A stretch of 64,000 nucleotides of DNA from a virus, in the IMG/VR virus record IMGVR_UViG_3300010413_000020, positions 32,001 to 96,000 of that record. The stretch is one strand, 5' to 3'. Shown piece after piece: positions 30,571-40,435 of this stretch. A program made the translations under genes and the position numbers. The notes beneath the pieces are model-generated. The model made no database searches. It had not been told where the DNA came from and saw nothing but the letters and a program-made list of their open reading frames with translations. Position 1 is the stretch's first letter, and each line of letters begins with the position of its first letter.

Positions 30571-31587
30571 ATGCAGGATTATTTTACCGATAAAATTTAC
30601 CAACTCTATTATGATGAAGTTGGAAAACATCCAATCCTATCACCTACCGAAGAACGGGACTTATTACTTCGCTATCACAATTGTTCAGGTTGCAAACGGC
30701 GATTACCTTCCCGTATTGCAGTTAAGAACTGCCCCGCTTGCGGTACTGTTGTACCTTCCCATATTTCTGGCAAAGATTACACCTGCGAAAATTGTGACCA
30801 CAAGTTTGATACCCATATGGCTCCGCGAATATGCCCATATTGTGGATCTCCTAGAGATTTGGAGGCTCGACAAAAGCTTGTCGAATCTAATCTCCGTTTT
30901 GTCATTCGACGTGCCAAGAGTATCACAACTAAACCAGAACACTTAAGAAAGTTAGTATCTGCGGGCAATGTAGGATTAATGCTTGCAATAGATAAATTCA
31001 GTCTTGAACGTCAGACGCGATTTTTGACTTATGCTGAATGGTGGATACGTAAAGAAATGTTTGATGAAATACATTCATCTAGTTTCATTCACGTACCCAC
31101 ACATCGTCAAAAATCATTACGCCGAGAACAGAAAGAAGGAAAATACATTTGTAAACATTGTGGCCTACGTACTGATGATCCTGACTCACGAGAACATTGG
31201 ACAGGTTGTACTGACATAGACCATGAATTTATTCTTCCATTAAATAATGATTCAGCGGTTTTAAATGATGCAGTTTCATTAGACGATGTTACCTTAGTTG
31301 ATACTTCCAATGTAGAAAATCTTGCAATTGATTCTGACGCACAAGAACATTTACATGCGGCAATACAGGACATGACATTAAGTGAGCGTGATCGATTTAT
31401 TATCATGGGATACTTTAATGTACCACTTCCTGATAGAAAATCGGAACCTAAAAGCTTACATCAATTAGCTGCATTGACTGGAATTACTCCAGAACGCGTC
31501 CGTCAAATCAAAGAAGAAACACTGAAAGTATTGCGAAAAGAATTAAAAAGGCGGGCAATAGAGGGGGTGGATGAAGTTTGTATTTAA
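30571..31587 (+). CDS. Sigma70-family RNA polymerase sigma factor with zinc-ribbon insertions
   Basis: Region 1.2 (ILSPTEE), region 2 (LVESNLRFV, GNVGLMLAIDKF, RFLTYAEWWIR), region 4 (ITPERVRQIKE). Confidence 0.9.
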   Translation: MQDYFTDKIYQLYYDEVGKHPILSPTEERDLLLRYHNCSGCKRRLPSRIAVKNCPACGTVVPSHISGKDYTCENCDHKFDTHMAPRICPYCGSPRDLEARQKLVESNLRFVIRRAKSITTKPEHLRKLVSAGNVGLMLAIDKFSLERQTRFLTYAEWWIRKEMFDEIHSSSFIHVPTHRQKSLRREQKEGKYICKHCGLRTDDPDSREHWTGCTDIDHEFILPLNNDSAVLNDAVSLDDVTLVDTSNVENLAIDSDAQEHLHAAIQDMTLSERDRFIIMGYFNVPLPDRKSEPKSLHQLAALTGITPERVRQIKEETLKVLRKELKRRAIEGVDEVCI

Positions 31588-32514
31588 CTACTCTTCGACA
31601 ATAAGGCCGGATGCAATCTCGAAACCTTCGAGAACACCTTGATAGAATTCCCGCTTACGTGAGCTGCTGGTATTTTGAAGTTTTTCTCCATAATATTCCA
31701 TCCACTCTAACGCCTTATCTTTGGAAATCATCTTAACCAGTTTTCGAACGTCTGGGTCAGCATAGTCAGTAATTTGAATTTTTGGTCCTGGTTTCTTTTT
31801 ACTACCGCCGCCAGCTTTGGCTTCTTTCTTCTTACCTTTCTCTGCACTTCCTTTGCTGGCTCCTCCGGCGGTAGGTTTCGGTGCTGCTTTAGCTTTCCGG
31901 TCTACGAAGATATCTATTTTGTCTCCGATGTCTTGGGCAGTCATACCCTGTAGGGCGTATTCCACCATTTTATCGTAGAAGACTTTATCCTCTTCGTAGT
32001 CCAAACGCGCAAAGTGGCGCACCATGGACAGAGGGATTTTACCGAGCTTCAACGCATTCTGTAATTTCTTGTGAATGCGTTGTGCCGCTAAGTGTTGGCT
32101 TACATAACCTTCGCTAACACCACACCCGTTGGCGATTTCTTTGACGGTTATCTTATTATCCACACACTTTTGAAACCCGCAAGAAATTTCCCAAGGGTTA
32201 TTGTCCTCTCGAGCCAGATTGGCGATTAGGGATGTGAGAAATGCATCGCTATCATCTTTCTCCTCTGAGTAGGAGATAATAGCTTCTTTAACTCCCGCCT
32301 CTTGTAACGCAGCGTACCTGCGGCGACCATCAACGAGAATGACCTTGTTTGCATCTGTTGGATGGTTACGCACCGTTATTGCGACTTTTTGTCCTTTGGT
32401 TTTGATAGAAGAGACTAAGCCCTTGATGTCCCCAAGTTTCTCTCGGTTCCAATCCTCGGGCAACACAATGTTCTTGAGATCGATTGTTAGATTCTTGCTT
32501 TTTACTTCCGCCAT
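31588..32514 (-). CDS. parB: ParB/Spo0J-like protein
   Basis: LVSSIKTKGQ, LVDGRRRY, ANLAREDNNPWE and an HTH (VKEIANGCGVSEGYVSQHL). Confidence 0.85.
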   Translation of the reverse strand: MAEVKSKNLTIDLKNIVLPEDWNREKLGDIKGLVSSIKTKGQKVAITVRNHPTDANKVILVDGRRRYAALQEAGVKEAIISYSEEKDDSDAFLTSLIANLAREDNNPWEISCGFQKCVDNKITVKEIANGCGVSEGYVSQHLAAQRIHKKLQNALKLGKIPLSMVRHFARLDYEEDKVFYDKMVEYALQGMTAQDIGDKIDIFVDRKAKAAPKPTAGGASKGSAEKGKKKEAKAGGGSKKKPGPKIQITDYADPDVRKLVKMISKDKALEWMEYYGEKLQNTSSSRKREFYQGVLEGFEIASGLIVEE

Positions 32515-32525
32515 AGGGTTTCCTT

Positions 32526-32837
32526 TCAGCTCATTTCTTCGTATTCACGAAGAAACTTTTCTTTGTTAATACGATGCAGACTCAACTCTTCGGGTCTAGC
32601 ACCTTCGAGAACTTCTCCATAAACATGAAATAATTCTGTGGTTAAGGGGATAATACTCTCTTCGTTGTTGTAAACCATAATGTAGAGCGTACGCATTATA
32701 CGCACTTTTTCTTCATCTGTAGTAGCTTCGCGTAAACGAGAGTTTACTCGTCTTCGAAGGGTTTTGTGCCGCACTGCGGACAAATCGCTACTCCTGTTTC
32801 TTCTTGTGCTTGAAGTGGTGTTTTGCAATTCGGGCAC
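32526..32837 (-). CDS. Hypothetical protein
   Basis: 103-aa ORF in the - strand operon; AGGA SD. Confidence 0.6.
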   Translation of the reverse strand: MPELQNTTSSTRRNRSSDLSAVRHKTLRRRVNSRLREATTDEEKVRIMRTLYIMVYNNEESIIPLTTELFHVYGEVLEGARPEELSLHRINKEKFLREYEEMS

Positions 32838-32904
32838 TTTCCTGTCTCCTTTGCTTCAGCTACCTTTTCTTCTGTGTTTTCAACAACGCCATATTTTTCC
32901 ATTT

Positions 32905-33312
32905 TTACTGTTCACCTCCTTCACTGGTCTCTGCGCCCTTTTTACTCCCTTTATCTTTTTTATTATTCTTTTTCTTGGGTTGTGCAACTGGTCGAGGATT
33001 CTCCATGAAAATTTCTTTCATGAGAACTTCAACTCGTGCTTTGCACCCTTTACGTTTGGCTTCAGGATTATCACAGAGTTCATTTAACATGCGAACTCTA
33101 AAATCCCCTTTATTCACTTGTTGAATGAGAACAAAATCGGGGGCCAAATCATGCATTTCCATCAGGAGATTAGCTAGATTTGTTTTTAGTGAATCTTGCG
33201 CGGTTTCTCGTTCTTTGTTAACCGCCTCCATTTCCTGTGCTTGCTCGAGAGAGACACGCACTTCTTCTTTTTTGAGACATCTACTGCATTGGGTTTCGAC
33301 TGTTACTTCCAT
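32905..33312 (-). CDS. Hypothetical protein (CxxC, basic tail)
   Basis: GAGGTG SD; CSRC. Confidence 0.7.
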   Translation of the reverse strand: MEVTVETQCSRCLKKEEVRVSLEQAQEMEAVNKERETAQDSLKTNLANLLMEMHDLAPDFVLIQQVNKGDFRVRMLNELCDNPEAKRKGCKARVEVLMKEIFMENPRPVAQPKKKNNKKDKGSKKGAETSEGGEQ

Positions 33313-33327
33313 TACTCACTCCTCTTT

Positions 33328-34515
33328 CTATTTTTGAAGTCTTTGGCAGGTAGCAGGACCTGCGATTCCATCTACTTTGATTAGGTCAGAAGGATGCGTT
33401 TTATTCCAGTCTCTTTGGAACGAAGTTATGGCTTGGCGCGTCTGTGGCCCCATCTTTCCATCAACCTTTACATTGTAACCTTTTCGCGCCAATGCTTGTT
33501 GTACATCATCGGTATCAAAGAACCCGTCATCCTCAGCGTCAACATCATCATCGTGTGTGGGTGTTAAATTACCGTATTCAGGATTATTCGATTCATCGTG
33601 GGTATCCCAGCCATCTACTTCGTCCCAAATCGTACCTTCTTCATCAAGGAAATCTTCATATTGTTGGATGAAATCCATTTCAGGAAGGGGATCAAGAGAA
33701 AACATAGCTTCGTTAATATCATCGAAAGGCCAAATAGGACCCATGTCTGTCTTACCCCCACGCCAGTCACTGTGTTGACTCATGCGCTCGGGAGCTAATC
33801 GCTCTCCAAGCGCTGCCAAAGAGACTCGCTTGAGGGTAAGGTTATTTAGAAGCTGTTCCTTTGTAAAAGGTTGCATTACTTTAACTCCCCTATATGCCTT
33901 ATCCAGCATAACGGGTGGGAGTTCTTGTACCAGCGTAAGGGGTAATTGTTTGGCCCAATAATGCCAATTATCTCCTTCTCGGTGTAGCGCCCCGGCATTT
34001 ACCATTTCGATGCTTATGGAATCTTTATTCCTGCGAGGTTCATGCCAAGCGCCATGCATTAATGGGATGATATAGAACGGAAGGTCATGGTACCCACATA
34101 CGAAATGTGTGCTGGCACCATTGAATTTTTTCTTTCCATCTTTTCCTGTTTTGGTTTTATTTGCGCTAAACCAATTCAGAGTAGACCATTTTGAAATGCC
34201 TGCTGTAAAATGATCCGTCCACCAAAGATTTTCAAGTTTAGCTAACCTATTTTTAGTTAACTGTTTTGTAGGATAAAATTGCGCGAGGGATTTACTATGG
34301 TCCAAAATTCGTGCATGTGAATGAATAAACAGACAATTAAGAAGAAGAAATGCCTCGCTTTGAGTTAATTCTTCTTCTTGTGCTTTGGGCCAATACTCGT
34401 CGCAAATATCTTTAGCAGCGTCTCGGGCATCATTTACATATTCCCAAAACTTTTTATCTGACATTACGGTGAAGTCTTCGAGTTTTTTGAATAGCGCTTT
34501 GTCTATATCTTTCAT
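33328..34515 (-). CDS. N-acetylmuramoyl-L-alanine amidase with C-terminal peptidoglycan-binding domain
   Basis: DHFTAG, ASTHFV, AWH, SISIEMVN and QHSD; VQQAL..GY..VDGKMGPQT..AI..FQ..VDGIAGPAT. Confidence 0.85.
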   Translation of the reverse strand: MKDIDKALFKKLEDFTVMSDKKFWEYVNDARDAAKDICDEYWPKAQEEELTQSEAFLLLNCLFIHSHARILDHSKSLAQFYPTKQLTKNRLAKLENLWWTDHFTAGISKWSTLNWFSANKTKTGKDGKKKFNGASTHFVCGYHDLPFYIIPLMHGAWHEPRRNKDSISIEMVNAGALHREGDNWHYWAKQLPLTLVQELPPVMLDKAYRGVKVMQPFTKEQLLNNLTLKRVSLAALGERLAPERMSQHSDWRGGKTDMGPIWPFDDINEAMFSLDPLPEMDFIQQYEDFLDEEGTIWDEVDGWDTHDESNNPEYGNLTPTHDDDVDAEDDGFFDTDDVQQALARKGYNVKVDGKMGPQTRQAITSFQRDWNKTHPSDLIKVDGIAGPATCQRLQK

Positions 34516-35378
34516 CTTGGTCCTCTACATTTCTGGTAATATCCGCAAAACTTTTCTGTGCACCCCCAAGAGGTTGGGTCGCACCGCGGAAAAATTCCCT
34601 TTTTGATGAGTTCCACTACTTCCACTAGGTCCTCAATCAGCACTTTCTTTTCGTTAACGCTTCTTAATGCCCTTTTAGCTTCATAACGGGAACCACTCTT
34701 CTGGTCAAGCAGGAAATCTACTCTTACTCGTTCTGTATTTTCAGCCAGAGCATAAAACGTGAGTTGTGGTTCTGTGTTTAATTTTTGTGGAGGCCACAAC
34801 CGTGTTGTGGTTTTCAAATCCGATACAACTTCTACAAGTGGCGGCGGCTTTTGTGGGTCATCCTTAAGTTCATATTCTCCGGGGACTTGATCAATAAGGT
34901 CAATAACTCCACGAACCGGAACTCCACCTAATTTGAGTGCAAAAGTCTTTTCGGCAGCCAGTGGGCGTATAAGCGGAACTGCTTGTTTGTAGTATACCCG
35001 GAAGTTAGCAATAGCACTCTGTTTAACTGAACCCTCTTCCGCGTCTTCCCAATCCTCAATTGTCTCCTTCTGGTGGTCAAAGGTATCAACTACTGCTTGA
35101 GTTGCCTCTTCCAGACTCAAAGGTTTTCCGGTTTTGATAGTATTTTTATGTACAACTTCTGCGCCTTTGTGTATCGCAGTACCCTTAATCATTGCAACCG
35201 CAGGAGGTTTAATGAGTTCGAGAATATATCTGTAATAAAACTGCTTAGCACAGCGTCGATACATATTAAATTGCGAGGGGGAAATTACACCTTTAGGAAT
35301 GTCATCATCAAAGAAATCTGGAGGATATTCAAAAACTAGTTTTTCGTCGGATTCTGTGGGTTTATCGTACTCATCCAT
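34512..35378 (-). CDS. Second PD-(D/E)XK nuclease (RecB/Cas4-like)
   Basis: SPSQF..C, GTAIH, RGVIDL..DLKT, QLTFY and C..C..C C-terminus. Confidence 0.85.
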   Translation of the reverse strand: MDEYDKPTESDEKLVFEYPPDFFDDDIPKGVISPSQFNMYRRCAKQFYYRYILELIKPPAVAMIKGTAIHKGAEVVHKNTIKTGKPLSLEEATQAVVDTFDHQKETIEDWEDAEEGSVKQSAIANFRVYYKQAVPLIRPLAAEKTFALKLGGVPVRGVIDLIDQVPGEYELKDDPQKPPPLVEVVSDLKTTTRLWPPQKLNTEPQLTFYALAENTERVRVDFLLDQKSGSRYEAKRALRSVNEKKVLIEDLVEVVELIKKGIFPRCDPTSWGCTEKFCGYYQKCRGPR

Positions 35379-35380
35379 CG

Positions 35381-35791
35381 TTATCTACTCCTAGTTAGAG
35401 CACGAAGCTCTTTTTCCGAAATGGGAGGGGGCTCCTCCGTTTCTTCTGGGCCTAAAGGTCGGGTTAGCGGAGGGGTTCCTACAGTGCGAGAATTATCTTG
35501 TCTAAGCATTTGGCTCGCATTAAGAACCTGCTCCATTGTCATGACTGCCGCAACCTCTGGAGAACTTTCTTCTTCAGGAAGGTCATCTAATAACTCTTCT
35601 GCTACATTTTCTTGGACATCTTCTGAGTCATCCGGAGGAGCTGCGCCTCGAGCAATTTCATCAACAGGAACACGTTTAATGCTGACTTCGAAAGGGTCGG
35701 GATTGACCGTCAAGTCGTCATCATCGATTTCGTATCCCAGTGATTTGCTTAATATGCGCAACAAGTCCGCACGTTCTAGAGTGATACGCAT
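35381..35791 (-). CDS. Acidic hypothetical protein
   Basis: AGGAG SD; 136 aa. Confidence 0.7.
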   Translation of the reverse strand: MRITLERADLLRILSKSLGYEIDDDDLTVNPDPFEVSIKRVPVDEIARGAAPPDDSEDVQENVAEELLDDLPEEESSPEVAAVMTMEQVLNASQMLRQDNSRTVGTPPLTRPLGPEETEEPPPISEKELRALTRSR

Positions 35792-35800
35792 GTCTTCTCC

Positions 35801-37825
35801 TTAAACCGTTCGAACACTGGCTATTTTGCGAGAAGCCTTAGTGCTTAAAACACACGTGTCCGACCAGGGGTTTGTGCCGTCTTCCACACAGCGGCAGTAT
35901 TCTCTACAAAGAGTGCAGTTAATTTTTTCTGTAAGAAGTTGTGAGACATCCTTTTTATTCTTTAACGCAATTAGCTGCTGAATTTCAAGTGTTTTTGCTG
36001 CACAAATATCATAAACAACCGTTTTCTGATTCTGCCCAATTCTAAAAGCACGACCTAGAGACTGGTCACGATCATCCGCTTTCCAAGAACGACTGTAATA
36101 AATTGTGTATTTAGCCGCTGTTAGGGTTATGGCAATACCCGTACTAATTTGGCCTAAATAAAGGCGGCACTGACCGTCTTTCTGAAACCGCTCTTCCATC
36201 TGTTTTATCTTGTGGGTTGTGCTGCCGTCTACTCGTACGTATCCCCAATTGTTCTTTTTGAACAGTGTCTCTATATCGTCAAGCTCTGCAGTATAGTTGG
36301 CCCACACAATGGATTTAGCAGAAGGCACTATTCCTTCCAGTAAACTTTCGAGTGCTTGTAATTTTGGATTGGGCGAGTAACGAAGTTCTTCTTTAGCCGT
36401 TTTGTCGATTAGGTGTCGAAGGTCACATTGGGAGTTTCCTGGTTGTATTCTTCGGCTTACGCAATACTCTACTTTATCGCACGTATTACAAATCCCGGTG
36501 TCTTGGGGAACATAAATAAAGCCACTACAAAGTTGAAGTAATTTGTTTACCCGAATAGCGCCATTTTGAATCTCTAAAGCGGGGGCATCTGGGCGTTCAA
36601 TTGCCCACTCCTTTACAACGTAATTATAATCTCGGCGCTGTGCGGGGGAGAGTTCAAATTCAATCGATTCAAACCGGCGTTCGGGTAAGTCAACACATTC
36701 TTCTAACTTCTTTTGACTGGATATCTCAGCTACACGTTTATTAAGCACGTGCAGATTTTTAAAACCTACAACAATGTGGTCATTGTGCGGCGACATAACC
36801 AAAAAAGTGGACTTGAATGTCGTGAAGTTCTCTGGCGTCACATAGGGTGCCAGGAACTTCAATTGCGGGTAGAGATCTCGTGGGTCTCCCTGCGATAAAG
36901 TGCCTGTGAGAAGATACCTTCTGGTAGCTTTTCTTGAAAGTTGTAAACAAACTTTTGTACGGGCACTTTGGATACGCTTAACTTTGTGAGATTCGTCTCC
37001 CACTATTGTGATATATGGAAAATCTGAAAGCCACTGGGGCTCTCCTCTTATTTTAGACTGCAAATATTTTGCAATTTCTTGTGGAGTAGCACGGTTTGCC
37101 ACCCATTCTTGAACACAATGGATTTGTTCTTTTTCATCATTTATTGACTTAAGAATTTTTATGAACTTAGGATTAGGAACACGATTATATTGTCTGAGAA
37201 ACTCTATCACTTTGGGAAATAATTTAGGAATACCATATATCCTAGCAGTGTCATAAGAAGAAATTAAAACGTCGTAATCTTTAGACTCAGCCAATTGTTT
37301 TAATTTTGAAGCTCGAGATCCGGTTAATCGTGTGGCTGAGAGCAAACCTCCAGAGTGCAACTTGATTTCTTTTACCCAATTATGTGTCGCAATTCGCGGA
37401 CACAGAATTAATACCTTCCCTTCAAACTCTGGGATAGCGTCGATTATGACTTTACTTTTACCGGTACCCATTTCCCAGTTGAGAATCCATCGATAATTTT
37501 GAACCACTTCGGCGTATCCTTCTAGCTGGTGACTAAATGAGGGAGTAACGAAGTTACGCTGTTGTGCCTGTGCTAAAAGTTCACTATGACTTTTAAGGCT
37601 ATTTACCCAGTTTTGGGCATTTTCGGTTAACGTAATGCTTTTATGGACTTTTGTAAGGTCATGTAGTACGTTTTCTATAAAAGGAGGAAACGCTGGAAAG
37701 AGATAGCGTTCGTTTTTGATGTCTTCGGTTGCACCATATACACGTGACCACCGTGAATCAAAACACGTAGGGTCATTCATTTGGAACACTGGGGTATGAT
37801 TTATGAAGTCAAGTCCGATTTTCAT
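35801..37825 (-). CDS. SNF2-family (SF2) helicase
   Basis: EMGTGKS, GDESH, LTGT, VRVDGS, GIAITLT and QSLGRAFRIGQ. Confidence 0.9.
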   Translation of the reverse strand: MKIGLDFINHTPVFQMNDPTCFDSRWSRVYGATEDIKNERYLFPAFPPFIENVLHDLTKVHKSITLTENAQNWVNSLKSHSELLAQAQQRNFVTPSFSHQLEGYAEVVQNYRWILNWEMGTGKSKVIIDAIPEFEGKVLILCPRIATHNWVKEIKLHSGGLLSATRLTGSRASKLKQLAESKDYDVLISSYDTARIYGIPKLFPKVIEFLRQYNRVPNPKFIKILKSINDEKEQIHCVQEWVANRATPQEIAKYLQSKIRGEPQWLSDFPYITIVGDESHKVKRIQSARTKVCLQLSRKATRRYLLTGTLSQGDPRDLYPQLKFLAPYVTPENFTTFKSTFLVMSPHNDHIVVGFKNLHVLNKRVAEISSQKKLEECVDLPERRFESIEFELSPAQRRDYNYVVKEWAIERPDAPALEIQNGAIRVNKLLQLCSGFIYVPQDTGICNTCDKVEYCVSRRIQPGNSQCDLRHLIDKTAKEELRYSPNPKLQALESLLEGIVPSAKSIVWANYTAELDDIETLFKKNNWGYVRVDGSTTHKIKQMEERFQKDGQCRLYLGQISTGIAITLTAAKYTIYYSRSWKADDRDQSLGRAFRIGQNQKTVVYDICAAKTLEIQQLIALKNKKDVSQLLTEKINCTLCREYCRCVEDGTNPWSDTCVLSTKASRKIASVRTV

Positions 37826-37877
37826 AACGTCCTCCTTATCGTATTATTGAGTTGTCTAACAACTCAAGGAGAGCAGC

Positions 37878-39635
37878 ATGACCTTTGAGCCTAGTTGTGG
37901 CGTAATGAGTCCTTTCGGGGGAGGCAAAAATGCCCAGTCTCACCCTAACCCATATTACAATTTTTCGCAGGTCTTTACTCCTCGTAGGTTAAAAGACTTG
38001 TTTAAGTGGTGTGAATTTATTTTTTATAATAGTCCACATATTTTTGCAGCTCTTCGTAAATTTGGAGAATACCCGATCACGGATATTACTTATGAAACTA
38101 CGAATGAAGCATTGAAGGATAAGCACGAATATCTTTTAGAAAAAGTTGTTCGAGCAAGAGAGTTGTTGATCAAGGCCACCCTGGACAAATACGTTTATGG
38201 GAATGCCTTTATATCTATGTACCAACCCTTCATTCGCTTTTTGAAGTGTCCTAAATGCAGCACACTTGTTAATATTAGAAATGTTTCCTACAAATTCAGT
38301 TTGCATAAATTGAAATTCAGTTATACGTGCCCCCACTGTAAAGCGGCCAACTCTATCGGTAAAGACCATATTATTGATAAAAAATTGATGTTAAGTCGTA
38401 AAGTCAATTTCATACGGTGGGACCCCAAGCTTATAGACATTGACCACAATCCAATGACGGGGGATTCAGAATACTACTACACAATTCCGCAAGAGATAGT
38501 ACAACGAGTAACTGGAGGACATAAAACTCTGATTGACACCCTTCCGATGGGTTTCTTAGAAGCTATAAAATCTAATAAGAAATTTAAGTTTAATCGAGAT
38601 GCTATTCTCCATATGAAAGTAGGAGGTCCTGCGGGTATTAGCCCTCAATGGGGTTTGCCGCCTCTTCTTTCTGTGATTAACTCATTTCATTATACTGCAA
38701 TACTTCGTAAAGCTAATGAAGCGATAGCTCTCGATCATCTTGTCCCATTCCGAATAATTCATCCAGCACAGGCGTCTGGAACGGGCGATCCTTTAATGCA
38801 AATGAATTTAGTCAAGTGGCGCGACAGTTTGAAAATTAATATGAAACAGTGGCGCATGGACCCGCTACATATGATGATATCGCCTGTGCCTCTGGGGCTA
38901 ACTCAAGTAGGAGGACAGGGACGTGCACTTTTAACACTGGGTGAAATACAGGAAGCAGAAAAGAATATTGTGGCAGCCTTGGGTATTCCGATTGAGTTTC
39001 TCTATGGAGGACTTACCGGCAAAGGTATGGAAGCTACGCTCCGTTTAATTGAAAATCAGTTAGAAACCCACATTAATGATTTGCTCGACTTACTTCAATG
39101 GGTAGATGATCGCTGCGCTGCTTTTTTGGGATGGGACAAGATAGAAGTTGGAATGACGAAATTTCGAATGATTGATGACGACACTAATAAACAGATAATT
39201 TTCAATCTTTGGATGCAAGGCAAGACCGGACAATCTCTACCGGTAATTTCAGATGATACGATAATGACTATGTATGATATTGACCGTGAAAAAGAAGAGC
39301 GGAAGCTTAAACAACAACAACTTGATAGTATCCGTATGCAGATGGAGATGGAACAAGATACTGCTAAATTGCAAAATAGTCTTAAAAAACAAATTGAGAT
39401 GGAAATGCAACAACAAGGTATGGGTGGTCCTGGCCCGATGGGATATAATCAACAACAAATCTTGGCAGAGGCAGACCGCATCGTTCAAGAACAGTTGATG
39501 TCTGTAGATGAGGGAACTCGTAAGAGTATGTTGCATCAATTACAAATGGAAGACGCCGTGATGTACGCGGTAGTTGTCCAGCGCCTTGAGCAGGTGCAAA
39601 CCGTTAATAAGCAACAGGCAACAGCCGGAATGTAA
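37878..39635 (+). CDS. Portal protein (with CxxC...CxxC insertion)
   Basis: LDKYVYGNAF, WGLPPLL and IVAALGIPIEFLYG portal-like motifs; size and context. Confidence 0.7.
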   Translation: MTFEPSCGVMSPFGGGKNAQSHPNPYYNFSQVFTPRRLKDLFKWCEFIFYNSPHIFAALRKFGEYPITDITYETTNEALKDKHEYLLEKVVRARELLIKATLDKYVYGNAFISMYQPFIRFLKCPKCSTLVNIRNVSYKFSLHKLKFSYTCPHCKAANSIGKDHIIDKKLMLSRKVNFIRWDPKLIDIDHNPMTGDSEYYYTIPQEIVQRVTGGHKTLIDTLPMGFLEAIKSNKKFKFNRDAILHMKVGGPAGISPQWGLPPLLSVINSFHYTAILRKANEAIALDHLVPFRIIHPAQASGTGDPLMQMNLVKWRDSLKINMKQWRMDPLHMMISPVPLGLTQVGGQGRALLTLGEIQEAEKNIVAALGIPIEFLYGGLTGKGMEATLRLIENQLETHINDLLDLLQWVDDRCAAFLGWDKIEVGMTKFRMIDDDTNKQIIFNLWMQGKTGQSLPVISDDTIMTMYDIDREKEERKLKQQQLDSIRMQMEMEQDTAKLQNSLKKQIEMEMQQQGMGGPGPMGYNQQQILAEADRIVQEQLMSVDEGTRKSMLHQLQMEDAVMYAVVVQRLEQVQTVNKQQATAGM

Positions 39636-39640
39636 AACCC

Positions 39641-40261
39641 ATGGCCGACAGTAATAGAGGAAACCTATCCGGATTCGATTTTCTCCAAATGATGGAAGAT
39701 TCTCGGAGACTACCGGAAACCCCTACAGGCGGACCTAGTAAAGCAGTGGAATTACCTGCTGCATCGGAACAACCCAGTGATGGTGTTAACCCATTTTTGG
39801 AACATGAAGTACCAACCGACAAAGTTTCGGTGCCTACCCATTTCCTTTCATTTTCTAGAGTGTTTGTGCTCTGGAAAAATTGGGAAGACTGTGCAAAATG
39901 TATCGAAGAAGTTACTACTGAACGTAATACTTTTGAGGCACGAAAAGCAGAGGCTGAGCGCAAAGGTGAAAAGTTCGAGGAAGAGTTGGACAACCGAGAG
40001 CGTGAATGCCCACACAATCATCGGAAAGAATATAAAGAAACAATTGACCGTTGTCTACGCGGTGACGGTGTTATTGTTCTTAGAGAAGCGTTTAATCTCA
40101 AGAACGGAACACGTTGTATGCACCTAGAATGGCTCGAAGCCGATCCTGAATTTGTTAAACAACAAAAAAAGATAGAAGAAGAACGTAGAGCCAACCAAGT
40201 TTATCCTCCAGACGTAGAAGCTGCTTTTAATAAAGGGAAAAAGAAGGCAACCCCTGAATAG
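39641..40261 (+). CDS. Hypothetical protein
   Basis: 206 aa; CAKC...CPH. Confidence 0.7.
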   Translation: MADSNRGNLSGFDFLQMMEDSRRLPETPTGGPSKAVELPAASEQPSDGVNPFLEHEVPTDKVSVPTHFLSFSRVFVLWKNWEDCAKCIEEVTTERNTFEARKAEAERKGEKFEEELDNRERECPHNHRKEYKETIDRCLRGDGVIVLREAFNLKNGTRCMHLEWLEADPEFVKQQKKIEEERRANQVYPPDVEAAFNKGKKKATPE

Positions 40262-40262
40262 A

Positions 40263-40332
40263 GAGGGTCACCTTCAGTGTTCTGTTATATGAACACTAAT
40301 TCGATGTAGATAATTGACATCGTGACCCTCCT
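40263..40332. other. Three-stem intergenic structure containing an 11-codon - strand micro-ORF (40285-40320)
   Basis: GAGGGTCAC/GTGACCCTC, AGTGTTC/GAACACT and CGATGT/ACATCG stems; AGGAG SD then ATG, MSIIYIELVFI*. Confidence 0.4.
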
Positions 40333-40435
40333 TTTCAGATGAGTTTTTTGCTTCATTATCTTATACCAATGATATATTTAGATATATGAGCGCTGTGCTC
40401 TATACTTTTGTAGTATCTTTTTTGGAGGAATCGAC

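Noticed and set aside
28531-35378. Two Cas4-like nucleases as an adaptation module for the array
   Set aside because: Solo PD-(D/E)XK nucleases are common in phage replication clusters, and there is no Cas1.
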